Assembly (NCBI GenBank): GCA_973895155.1 | Contig: OZ316894.1 | Coordinates: forward strand, 11,696,828-11,760,827 | DNA: 64,000 bases | Source of the DNA: Marsupella aquatica | Lineage: Eukaryota > Plantae > Marchantiophyta | Direction: 5' to 3' | Shown: positions 38,485-50,600 of the stretch, one piece after another | Position numbering within the stretch: the stretch's first letter is position 1 | Layout of the letters: each line of letters begins with the position of its first letter | Made by a program: the position numbers and the translations under genes | Notes under the pieces: generated by a model | Seen by the model: the letters and a program-made list of their open reading frames with translations, nothing else | The model's database searches: none | Told to the model about the DNA's origin: nothing

Positions 38485-40100
38485 TACTCCTCGGGCTCAA
38501 GAGCTTTGGCTGCCCCACGTGTCAAAGCTGCTGATGCATCAATATGTGCAGTGCCACACATGAATCCCATGGTGGCAAGATCTCCATCAGCTCCATAAGA
38601 TGTGGAAGGACCATGGGATGTGGAAGGTCCATAGGATGTAGATGCCCCATCACCAGAAGTAGGACTCACCTGGGAACTAGCCATGGCAGCTAGTTGTTGC
38701 TCCAATTGAGCAATCTTAGCATCCTTTGGATCTATGGTTACAGTAGGGGCAGCATCACCTCCCTGTCTCCCTGCATGTGGCATGCCACGACCACGTCCAC
38801 CACCTCTACCTCCTCCTCCTCTTCCCTGATCATGTGTATGGGATCCTCCCCTCCGTAACTCAGGGTGGAGTGAGAAACACCTATCCTTGGTGTGTCCAGG
38901 AGCTCCACAATGATCACACTATCGCTGATCAGGTGCTGATGCTCCCTCTGATCCTCTATGATCTGGGCAATATCTCTGTGCATGATCCCCACCACAGGTC
39001 CAACATCCTGACTGTTGTCCAACATAAGAGGGCACAGGTCTCTGGCTGGTAGACTCTCGTGTAGTAGGCTTCTCCCTCTGGCTCTTCCGTGCAGTAGGCT
39101 GTGGTGTAGATGTAGATGCAGCCTTTGGTGCTTCCTTGGCAAATCCGGAAGTCACCACCTTCTCATTCACCATATTGAGCTCAATACGCTCAGAAAGGGT
39201 GAAAACAACTGCTAATGTGGGATCTGCATCCCTAAGCAGAGTGACATCTCTCACTCTGCGTTGCAATTCTTTGTCCAGAATTGCATACCAAAACTGGACT
39301 GCTTGAGCCTCTGTCACTCCCTTGGTGATAGTGATCAATCTGCGCATACGAGTGTATGCCTCACGTAGACTCTCTCCAGTCTTGCGCTGGAACTCCTGAA
39401 GACCCTTCAACTTATCAGTTCTTACACCCTGATAGTTCTGCTTTAGTACCTCAAAGAATTCCACCACAGGATTAAATGCTGGCGCAACTCCAGTTCTTGT
39501 CACAATCACACCGGCAGGAGTAGCGGTGGATGCTGCTGGAGTGCTGCTGGTGGATGGTGTGCCACTCTGGCTAGTGCTGCTAGAAGAAGCAGCAGCTGTG
39601 GCAATGGGTTGGGCAGCCGCACTAGTGCTATAGGTGATGGACACGTAATTAGGCGACCAATGCTGCCTCCATGCCTCAATCTCAATCAAATGAGCCTTCC
39701 GAAACTCATGGTAGTCATCCATGGGTGGCCCCTCCAAATGCTGAAATAATCCCTTCCATGCCATGAAAGGGGTAAACAATGTGGCGTTACGCAATGTCTG
39801 CATATCGCACCACGTATCAAACTCCTGGATGAAGTCATCTAGATCAATCGTGCCAACTGCACCAAAGTATCGTCGTGGGCCCTTTGTAACCCCGTACATC
39901 TCGTCCATATCCCACAACAAAGGTGCAACCACCTGATGATGAGGAGAACTGGTCACTGAGTCCTCATCAGAATCACTGTCTGAAGCTGCACTGCTGACTG
40001 CTACCAATGCTGTTGGCCGAAACTGTGCCCCACTCCAAGTGAAACCGGTCCGTCGTCCATCGGGTAACCCAGCAGCACCAGAAGAATCCGTGGTGACCAA
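38484..40100 (-). pseudogene. Ty3/Gypsy Gag with two zinc knuckles
   Basis: Capsid-like DLDDFIQEFDTW and FQRKTGESLREAYTR. Knuckles CWTCGGDHAQRYC and, after an in-frame stop at 38919-38921, CDHCGAPGHTKDRC. The 38783-38484 ORF is in the same frame. Confidence 0.85.
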
Positions 40101-40172
40101 CCCTAACCTAATCTATGTGCTAACCCTAAGGGCAATCTGTCCCTATCAACACCACAAGCACTCACCATGGTG

Positions 40173-41395
40173 TGTTGGACATCACTCCAACATCACCAGG
40201 AGAGAAATACACAGCATACTAGAATATCCGGTTGCAAACCCGGATCACTCCTATGGAATCAAGCGCCCATACCGAACCAACATGGCGCATAAACAAGAAA
40301 CAAGTGTGGAGAGTATCCAATCAACAAGAATAGTCAAACACTAACTCTCCACACCAAGAGTGATCACACATTGATCAAACAAATATTCATAATGTTCAAT
40401 GAAAGGCCTTCATAATAGGCTTCATGATGTCCCAATGTTATAGATGAGAAACCATGCAAAATTGGTTCAATCTGTGTATTTAGATGAACTCAGAGCTATC
40501 AAAAACCTCTAAAGAGCCTCTGATTTGGCCCGAAACAAGGCTCTAAGCAAACCGGAAAGTGTATAAAGCCCCCTGGCGTTTGAATCTAAACAACAAGTTG
40601 TGAAAACTTGTGTGTACACAAGGTGAGATGATAACTTGCCAGTTAAGCGCTTGTGGCTAGGAATAGCCCCGGGATGGGTGACCTCCTTGCGCTCGACCTC
40701 GTGCTTTCCCTCGCGCTCACGACCTGGAATAGCCCCGGGATGGGTGACCTTGACCTCGCGCCTTGTGCTCACGATGGGTGACTTTGCGCTCGTGGTTGGG
40801 AGCACTTTCGGGATGGGTGACCTCACGCGTCGCCTTATGCACGCACAGTTGTGTGTGTACACAAAACAGAAGTCGTCGGGCTCAGAAATGGCAACATTTA
40901 CCACTCGAAAGCAACGATTTCCTTCACAAAAATGGCAACGTCGATGGCTCTTGACCTCTGCAAACCTGTCGCGCACGGTTTTGGGACATTTCGAGAGCGT
41001 CCCTTGACAATAAAACACTACGAGCACTCAAAATTCCAACAGATCTGTCCACAAAACAGTAGTGCAATACAAGCAGCAACCTTCGGCCATCTCTTTCCAG
41101 ATCCAGATCTAGACTCCGACTCAATCCAGATCCAGATCTAGACCAGATCCAGATCCAACAACGTTCAAGCTTGGCTAGAACCAGATCGAATAGCAACAAA
41201 GTACTCAAACAATAGAACCAACGATTCAAGAAACATGAATCCGTGTCAAACACAAATCCAATTGATTCGAGCTACCACGAACCGTCACTCGTCAACAACA
41301 AACTCAGACTGAGCTTCTGTCCGCACAACAGAGTTTGAAGCTCATGATCTTTCAATGTAATCTCCATAGGATCGGTACAACGATCCCGGTCAACA
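40173..41395 (-). mobile_element. Solo-LTR-like 1.2-kb element at the gag/pol orientation switch
   Basis: TGTTG...CAACA termini, internal GGAATAGCCCCGGGATGGGTGACCT repeats and TCCAGA hexamers. Flanks TGGTG and ATACC do not form a TSD. Confidence 0.6.
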
Positions 41396-44300
41396 ATACC
41401 CCATCGATCCCAAGAGATATTAGGGATTTGGTGGAGAGTTGGGAACCACAGCTTGGCCCTAAGTTAACAGGGGAGGAGAGACATCGCATGCATCGATTCC
41501 TGAAGAGTTATTGGAATTGTTTTGCATTCAGCATGAAGGATTTGGGGACACTGAAGGGCCCTGGTATTCAGATTGAATTGGCTAGTGATGCGCCAATCTT
41601 TCGTAGACCATACCGTTATAGTGACATGGAGAGAGCTCTGATTCAAAGCAGAACTCAAGATTTGTTGGAGGCTGGATTGGTGGAGATTTCATATGGGGAG
41701 TATGCATCTGCCATAGTGATGCCAGCCAAGAAGGATGTGCATGGCAATTACACAGATAGGCGCATGTGTGGTGATTACAGACCTATTAATCGCTAGACAA
41801 AATCTGATCGATATGCCATGCCCACACCTGAGGAGATCTTTGATGTTGTGGGGCATGCAAAGGTTTTTAGTTCATTGGATCTGAGGGCAGGGTACCATCA
41901 GCTTCCAATTAGGCATGCTGACAGGTCCAAGACAGCATTCTGGGGGATTGATTCTTATGGCAAAGATTGTTTGTATCAGTGGTTATTCTTACCATTTGGG
42001 TTGAAGAATGCATCAGCTGAGTTCCAGAGAGTCATGGATCGAATCCTTGCAGGTTTGGATTTTGTCAGATGTTATATTGATGATATTTTGGTCTATTCTT
42101 CTATTGCGGAAGAACATCAGCAGCACTTACAGATTGTGTTGGAGAGATTGAGAGCACATGGGTTGAAGCTCCATCCTGGCAAGTGTAAGTTCTTCCAAGA
42201 CCAGATTGAGTATTTGGGCCACACTATATACCCAGGGGGATTGGGTGTATAACAGACTAAAGTGGAGGCCATTACACAGATTCCTTGTCCTACTGATGTG
42301 AGTAGAGTTTGTGCATTCTTGGGATTGGCGAGCTACTACAGGAGGTATGTTAAAAGATTTAGCCAGCTTGCTAAACCTTTGACCATACTCACTAAGTTGG
42401 ATCAGGAATGGATTTGGGGTGATGACCAAGAGTATGTCTTTCAGGAGTTGAAGCAAAGGTTGGCATCATCCCCTATTTTGAGAAGACCCATTTCAGGCAG
42501 ACCATTTCAGCTACACACTGATTGGAGTGGAGTAGGACTTGGAGCAGTGCTGACTCAGAAGGATGATGAGGGGAATGAGTTTGTTGTGGCTTATGCCAGT
42601 AGATCAAACAATTCAGCAGAGGCTAAGTATAGCTCTTATGAGGGAGAGTGTTTGGCAGCAGTGTGGGTTGTTGCACACTTTCGTTGCTACTTATTTGGTA
42701 ACCCCTTCACCTTGATCACTGATCATCAGCCTCTTAAGTGGTTAATGGAGTCTGACAAGCTTACAGGGAAGCTTGCACGATGGGCATTGTTGTTACAGAA
42801 GTATAATTTCTAGGTGGTGCATAGGCCTGGAAAAGTGAACTTGGATGCAGATGGATTAAGCCGCAATCCATGTACCAGTCAACAGGATGAGACTGGAGCC
42901 AGATGGCATGATGAGTCAGATAAGGAGATGGTGCCAAGATGGCATGCATCTGCCTTTCTTTGTTGGGTGCCAGCATACAGTGGATCTGTGGACTCTACCT
43001 CATTGGATGGAGTGGATGATGAGTCTTCAGATGTGGATGTTAGTGAGGTAACTACTGGACAACAAGATATTCACAATGATGTGAGAGTGTTGGAATATCT
43101 GCGCAGTGGTTCTATTGTTGGCAGTGTTGATGCCAAGGAACGTGACAGGGTTCTATAGAGAGCCAAGAGGTTTCGATGGGAGAGAAACCATCTTTTGAGA
43201 GTACTACATGATGGTAGAGTGTTGGTGGTTCCAAAACCATCACAGAGAGTACATTTGGTGCGACATGCGCACGAGGAGTTGGGTCACTTTGGTGTAAAGC
43301 GCACTTACAGCTTGCTGCAGACACAGTATTGGTGGCGTGGTATGCACACTCATGTCCAGCAATTGATAGCTAAGTGTGTGGTATGTGATAGAGTGAGAGC
43401 ATCATTTAATGCTCCCACTCCCCAGTTGCACCCGTTGCCGATCATGGGTTTGGGATATCATTGGAGTTTGGATTTTGCTGGTCCATTACCTCTTACCCAA
43501 CGTCATAATCAGTATGTTTTGGTCATGGTAGAGCACTTCTCCAAGTGGATTGAGCTAGTGGCGTTGCCAGATAAAGCCAGTGGAGGAGTTGCTGCTACAT
43601 TTTTGGATCGTGTACTCAGTCATTTTGGAGCACCAGCTGAGGTGTTGACTGATCAGGGAACTGAGTTCCGTGGAGAGTTTGAGAGTTTGTGTGAATAAGC
43701 TTTGATTGATCATCGTACTACCTCTCGTGATCATCCTGAGGCAGATGGATTAGCTGAGAGAGTTGTGCAAAACTGTGAAGAGAGGATTGCGTAAGGATGG
43801 CTTGCAGGTTGGTCATCTGGGAGATTGGGATCTCCAGCTACCTTGGTTAGCTATGGGCTACTGTTTTAGTCGGCAAGCATCACTTGCATCCTTCTCACCT
43901 TACTTTTTGCTCTACAGTAGAGAGCCAAATTTGCCAGCAGCTATTCGTCGTGATGTTGCATCAGTTGTGAACTTGGATGATCCTGATGTTTGGGTCAAGG
44001 TGTGTTCAAAGAGAGCACGGGTATTTCAGAGAGTGATGCCCATGGCTTTCGACAACCTTGCCATTGCCCAACATCGTGATACTTTGAGGTATGCCACTAT
44101 TCGTGGAGGAGGTTACCGTGCAAGCATTCGGCAATTTCATCCTGGTGATTATATTTATTTGCAGCAGACAGCACCCATGACACTTGATGTGACCGCAGGC
44201 CAGACAATCTTACGTGTGCGTGAAGTGTTGGCTTCTGGTGTCCTGATGTTGGAGGGACGCGATGGTATGGTTTGGAAGGATCATGTGCGCAATTGTGCAC

Positions 44301-44509
44301 CATGTCACCTTCCCAACATTGATGGTACAGTAGATCCAAGCTTGGCACATGTTCGTGCTGGCTTGAAATGTATGTTGTGTGGATCAGCTCAGGGAGCAGC
44401 TACTATGTTGATTTGTGATAAGTATTCTAGAGGATGGCACATGTCATGTTTGACACCACCATTGCAGGTGATTCCTAGTGGATCATGGTTGTGTCCTCAG
44501 TGTCGGTGA
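41396..44509 (+). pseudogene. Ty3/Gypsy pol: RT - RNase H - integrase - PHD finger
   Basis: RT: RMCGDYR, LDLRAGYHQ, PFGLKNA, YIDD. RNase H: LHTDWS, YEGECLA, TDHQPL. Integrase: H-H-C-C and D(LDFAG)-D(TDQG)-E(LAER). C-terminal PHD CMLC..LICDK[Y]..WHMSC..WLCPQC. Five in-frame stops and one frameshift near 43763. Confidence 0.93.
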
Positions 44510-44671
44510 AGCCGACTAGTTATCATTTGTGTTCTCTTGGCAGATATGGATTGCAGGTAGGTGATCGATGGGGCTCACTTGCACCCGGCCTCCTGATCTT
44601 CACATCTAAAAAGGTGTATATCAACCTTGTAGAACTCATGGCTAGCTAGAGTTAGGGGACCTTATTCCCAG

Positions 44672-45400
44672 TTAGGGGGGCGATTGTGGGTTTTGGACAT
44701 GTGTGGACATGAGTTCCACTTGTATTCCATTCTCTTGTGTTTGTGATGTGGCAGTGTGACTATGTCTGGATGTATGTGGCAAGCGATGTATGTTGTGTAG
44801 CGATATGTATGCGCACGACATAATCAGTTTGTGTAAGAGCAATAGGGTGTATTTTTTTCTTGACTTGCTTCTAAGAATAGTAGGGTTATAGTATTATCAT
44901 GTACTCCATAGAATGACGATAATGGAGTTAGGGTAGTTTAGGGTCAGATTAGGCAAATTACAAGCGCGTGTCATGACTAGATTGATCCACATGGCACCTA
45001 TGGCTAGAGTTTGGGGTTAGTCATGGATTAGGGTAAGTGGGTGGGGTTTGGGGGGCCTCAACTTTAAGGGGTTGACCAAGGGTTAGCTTGAATTTCTATG
45101 GACGCATTTGACTGAAGCCATCTCCCTCCACTCTCCCTTGCCACTGCCCCATGACACCCGAGCTGTTTTCCTCCACTCCCCCACCACAGGCCCCTCCAAA
45201 GTGTCTTCTTGCATGCAGACAGAGCCTTTCCATGAACAGATCCTTTGTTGGTTTAAGAGATTGTGTGCAAATTGTTGCTTTCTTGAACGGTTTCTTTGCT
45301 TGTCTAGTGGAAGCTTCAATAGGGAGCTGAAACTTTGCAATGTGCTAGAGAGGTGGTGTTGCTCTTATTGATTGAGATTGTTGCTATGTTGTGAGAAGGA
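44672..45400 (+). mobile_element. Polypurine tract and start of the 3' LTR of the pol-PHD element
   Basis: TTAGGGGGGCGAT followed by TGTGGG at 44685, about 170 bp after the pol stop. The LTR end is uncertain. Confidence 0.55.
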
Positions 45401-45727
45401 CCGTGAGCTCTTTGCATGGACATGAGTTGGCTAAACTTATCTTTTCTTTCAAGGCATTTTCTATTAAGATGTGATGCTTGACTTAACAAATTTTAGGGCT
45501 GAAATTGGATTTGACTATTAGAAGAAAGAAAGGAGAGGAAATTTCATTTTATATTTAGTAAGTATGGGGGTCTAGACACAAAAATGTCGCAAGTGATGGG
45601 AGGTTCCCCATATAGTGAGACCCCAAGAGTGGACTCGAGGGTGGAGGAAATGTCTGGTAATAGGGGAGGGGCTTATTTTTGAACATGTTTTAAATGTTCA
45701 GTTCATTCAATTAGCTAACCTAATTTT

Positions 45728-46049
45728 TGTTAGGAATTTACTCTTAGGTCTAGAGTTACGACTGCACCCAACGTAGTCAGGCTAACCTTACTCGCGGACT
45801 TGGTTAGGTTAGTTGCATTGCACATCGTATATACAAGCTGGTGTTTGCTTGTTAGAGAGCCAGTTGAGAGATAGAGAGAACTTGTGTTACAGAGTCTTGG
45901 TATGGCCGACTGACCTAGTCTACAATAAAGCTCTTGTGTGTACCCGTGAACGTAGCCTCATATGAGGTAAATTACATATCTCTCTGTGTTGACTACTTGT
46001 TCATTGGGTATCTATGGGCATGTCTTGTGAATGTCATCTTTGCTCAATA
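45728..46049 (+). mobile_element. Solo LTR (family A)
   Basis: TGTTAG...CTCAATA (CA changed to TA) with TSD ATTTT on both sides. Colinear homology to 820-1163. Confidence 0.85.
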
Positions 46050-47184
46050 ATTTTTGCTCTTGATACTTCCATCTCTTAAGTGAAATCACATAAATTATGA
46101 GTGTATTGGTCTACATTTTTCTTGGAGAAAATCTGTTGTCTTTGAGCTACTATACTTGAGGAGAATTGCAGTCTCCTGTGTGGAATGCGTGTGGTGGTCT
46201 TAGTTCCAATTCCCAGATTTTAGAATCTTATTATGTTGTCTTTCAACCTCTACAGTTGTGGTAAAAGGAATAAGTTGTTCGTTTGAAGTCCCAAACTAAG
46301 TTTTAACATGAACCCACCATCCAAGAAACTTCATATGGAAATTTCAGTATTGTGAAGTTGAATGATAATGGATAGAGATGAAGAGATCATGATGATTGAA
46401 ATCCTTATTAGGCCTAAAACACTCAGTCTCGAGCTCATTTGCTTTGTAGAAGGCATGGTCAATTGAAGTTGCTTCCCCTCTTGCTTCCCCTCAAATATAT
46501 GTGGAGTTCATGTTGCATAAAGCAAACTTAATTAATCCGTGTACCCCCATGTTCATCCAAGGAATGTGTGTGTGATGAAATGAAATCAATTTCCAGCAAG
46601 GCGGTAATCGATGGTTTTGAATCTCGTGGTGGTCTTGGTGTGTGCTCATACAAAAGAAAATATTCAAAAGATAGAGGAGATTGATCTGGTTGAGATGATC
46701 TCTCGGGTTTATCAAACAAAATGTTGAATATGGAGGAATTGAGTTTATTGATGATTTTTGCTTACATATTGGAGAAATCGTGTTTCTACCATTCTTGATT
46801 GAATCGTTTGTGAGTTACATTGAGCATTACCGCCACAAGACAGATTGGAGGACAACACTCAACTATTGGCAAAAGAGTGCTTGTCATTTTGGTGGGAAGA
46901 ACACACAAAATGGACAACCGATCACTTCACATGAAGGTTTTGTAGTTTTTTTAATTTAATAAAGCTATGGTGTGAGGGTGAGACCAATGATTGTTTCTTC
47001 GACATAGAGACTGCATTTGGTGTCAACTTGTATTCAAAGTGAACTTAAGTTGAAGATTAGAGGGACGCAAACAATTCAAGTCGGGAAGCAAGCATTGTGG
47101 ACAAGCAATGGCGGCATAATCGAAGAAATCAATTTGCAGCCATGAAGTTTGTGACGGTGACAAGATTGTGACATCTCTTAATCG

Positions 47185-47670
47185 AGAAAGGGTTTCCAAT
47201 GAGCCTCATATTGACAAATTTTATTAAGTTCCAAATGAGTTTTTGAATTTCTCTGCCTTTCCAATGAGTGTGACAATAAGAAATCTCGATTATGAGTTCA
47301 TGAATTCTTTTAGCTTTCCAACATTGAGTCCAACATTGACAAATTTCATGTCAGATTTTGTCACGGTACTCATGAGGTTTCAATCTCTCTAGCTTTCTAA
47401 TGTATGACATTGAGAGTATTCGTACAAAATTAGAGAGACCATAAGTATCCGAATTTCTCAAGCTTTCCAATGAAACTAACATTGATAGATTTTGTCAAGT
47501 ACTAAGGAGATTATTAGTTTCTAATTTTACTCTAACTTTCCAATGAGTGTGAGATTGAGAGATTTTGTCAAGATAGTATTAAAGAGGTCATGAGTTTCTA
47601 AATCTTTATCTTAAACTTTCCAATGAATAAAAAATTAATAGATTTCATCATATAGTGGACAAATCTTTCA
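47185..47670 (+). repeat. Degenerate tandem repeat, about 55-80 bp unit, 7 copies
   Basis: CTTTCCAATGAG...ATTGAC/GAGATTTT recurs near 47192, 47257, 47313, 47393, 47463, 47536 and 47615. Confidence 0.7.
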
Positions 47671-47672
47671 TC

Positions 47673-50600
47673 GGGTCATGAGATACGTAGCCGGCCTAAT
47701 CTAGGCCTTCCCTTGTCTTCCTCTCCTTCTGGTTAGGTATGTTTGGATTCCGCAGCCGGAATGATCCCCAATAGGCTTGGTTAAGCCGCTAAGACCTCTC
47801 TCAGCTCGACACATCCAACTCTCACTCCCTTGCTTACTTTCCTTCCTTCTGGTTGATGTGGGCACTCTTCACACAAGTTAATGCGACACACAAATAGCAA
47901 AATGACTCCTTCTGACTGAGTCATACCATGCACTTGCCATACAAACAGTACATCTCATACACAAGCTCTGCGAACTAAGCCGTGAGGCCAACTCTATTCA
48001 GCTCTTAGGCATGAGGAAACATGAATATACACAAGGTCACGATATGACTAACCGAGAGCTTCTCTTACTACCTGATCCCAGACCGGCTGGTGCAAACTAA
48101 AAACTTGCTAAAGAAGAGGCCCTGAGCTCCCCGCTGCCTAGGTACTTATTTTGGTAGTGGATCCGCCTAATTCTTTGCAGCGTAAGCCTAACCTACCTAA
48201 CAGTAATCTACCTGCCCGAATCTACCTATGTACAGCAAGGCAGGAGCACAAGTGTTGCTCCTACCAGTGGAACCGCAATCCCACTAAGCTAAGTGTCAGG
48301 GCTGCTCCTGGTCCTGATCCTAATCCTAAACTTGGAGATCAGCGCCCGCCCTGCCCACTCACGCCTCCTACCTCCACGTCCGCCCTTCCTAAAAGGAACG
48401 GCGCCCTTGCACCGTCATGACACCGGTGGTGGATCCTCAATGGACGCCCCCAATGCTTCCTCCGCAACCACTACCGTTGGTCTGTCCTCTGACAGATTAC
48501 CTGCCTCTGACCGAGTCAACTTTTCATCGGCCTGACTAGGCCCACCCTCGGCTTCGGCATCGGCTCGGGAATCATTCTCGGCTACGGCCTCAGCCTCGGC
48601 TTTAGCCATTGTCTCCCCGACCTGCTCAAGAGGTGGATCTGGGATACCGGCCTCATTACTAAGTAGTTCGGCTTGGGCCGTGCCATCCCCACCTTTGGTG
48701 ATAGCGGAATCTATTGCCGTGTTCATGCCGGAGGTTGGTGCCGGTTTGAGTACGGCTTGAGGGGTCGAATAACCTCCGTACCTCGAAGGCTTCCGCTTCT
48801 TCTTCTTCACTATCTCCACAACCTGTTCCTTCCCTTTGCCGCCAATGTCCGGCACCGGGCCGTGTGTCACGGCTGGTCCTTCGGTAATTACCACCCCTGG
48901 TAACTGGTTTGCCCCAACGGGAGATGGACCTGATGTAGCTAAGCATTTAAATACTGCGGCTTGTTTCTTCAGCCGCTCAGTTTGGTTGTCGGCCCGCCGC
49001 TGTAGGTTCTCCATCTTCCTCGTGATTTCCTCCAACTCCTCCTGGGTCTCATCCAGGTCCTTACATGCCTTCTCCAGCTCGTTTTTGGCTTCCTCCAATT
49101 CCCTATGGGCTTCCTCCAATTCCTTCTTGGTGGTAGCCCTCTTCTCCTGGGTTGCTCTTAGCTCCTTGTCGAGCTCCGCTATGACCTCAGACTCCATGTT
49201 TTTCATCTTGGCATAAGTCTGGTCGAGCTGGGCGTCCTTCTCACGCAGGTCGGCCTTGAAGCTGGCCGTCAGGAATGCAAGCTCCTGCTGTAGCGCAATA
49301 ATCCCTTGATAGGATTTCCCTAACTCGGCCTCCTTCTGCTCAAGGGCTCTGCGGATGACCTCGAGCTCTCCCTTCAGCGCCCTCTCCCTTCTGAGTCTCC
49401 GTCGTGACCCGGTTGTTGACTGCTATATGGGCCTCCTCTGCATTTCTCAGCTCCTTCTTCCATTTCTCCCTGTCCTTGATTGCGTCGGCCAATTCTCCCT
49501 GGGTCTAAGTCAGTTTATCCTTGATAATCTGATTATCAGCCTGCGCTGTGTCCAACTGCCCCTGCATGATGTTCAGCTCATGCCTCTTAATCCGCAGTTC
49601 ATCTTGGGCTTTCTTGGCCGCCCTTAGATCTTCAATCTCGGCTTCCATCCTCCTAAGCCGCCGGATGACCTCGTCCTTCTTGCTTCTCTCTAAAGCCACC
49701 GCTTCTTCTAATTGGTGCTTCTCCAACTGCTCCCTATGGAAAAAGGGTCCTACCTCCAACTCCTCCCCAAAGATGCCGAGCGCAAGTTCCCCACATATCT
49801 CACCATACTCCATGGCTCTATTCTTAGCGTAGGTGGAGTAAGTAGAAGTGATCGGCATCGTCCATCGCGGCCTCTGCTCCCAAGCCGTCTTGCGGATCTC
49901 TTCAATCGTGGCTAGAGGTTTTCTTCCTTTTTCGGCTAGCCGCCTGATGTCCTCCGGCCAATCTCCTCCTGGAAAATCCTTTTCCCTAGCTAGGGCTGCC
50001 TCCTCTTCCTGCCTAATTCGCTCCTGAAATTCCTACGCCATCTGTTTTATGCCGTCAAAGCTCGGGGGAGCAACATCTGGTGGGGGAGACTCAGGGCTAC
50101 TCTGCTGGTTGGGGTCCCCTCATACTACCCTTGGAAGTGTGGGGATAAACCGGCCACAGGTCCTTACTCTTGGAACGTGATGGTCCGACCCATAGCCGGA
50201 GTTATCATGGCTGTAGTCCTCCACTGCCTCCTCTACTTCTTGGACTTCCGGCTTCTCCCTCTCTTCTTCGTCGGTAGGAGCTTCAGGCAATTCTGCCTCA
50301 GATTCAGAGCTTGAGACTCCCACGTACATTCTAACACCCGACTTGGATTCTGGCCTGATTCTGCTTAGGTTGACCTCTGGGGCAGTGTCCTGTATTGGTG
50401 CTGCTGCCGAAGCTGGGTCCAGTGCCGTCTTTTCCTTCTCCAGCATTTTCAGTAGATTCTGTATGCTTGGTTGCTGCATCGGCAAGTCTTCCTTCCTTGG
50501 CCTGAACACCTGCTCGATTGTAGGACTGTCAGGTGGTTGAGGCTTCTCTGCTACAGGCCTCGGTGCTGGAGCTTCCTCGGGTGCCCTTACCTACAGGGGA

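Noticed and set aside
36133-41400. Simple autointegration product explaining the inversion
   Set aside because: The junction pentamers (TCTAC and ATACC) do not form a TSD, and the two bounding LTR ends differ from each other and from the element's 3' LTR start.
47185-47670. CRISPR-like repeat-spacer array (also 13590-14105)
   Set aside because: Eukaryotic context, degenerate repeats, mutually related spacers and no cas genes.
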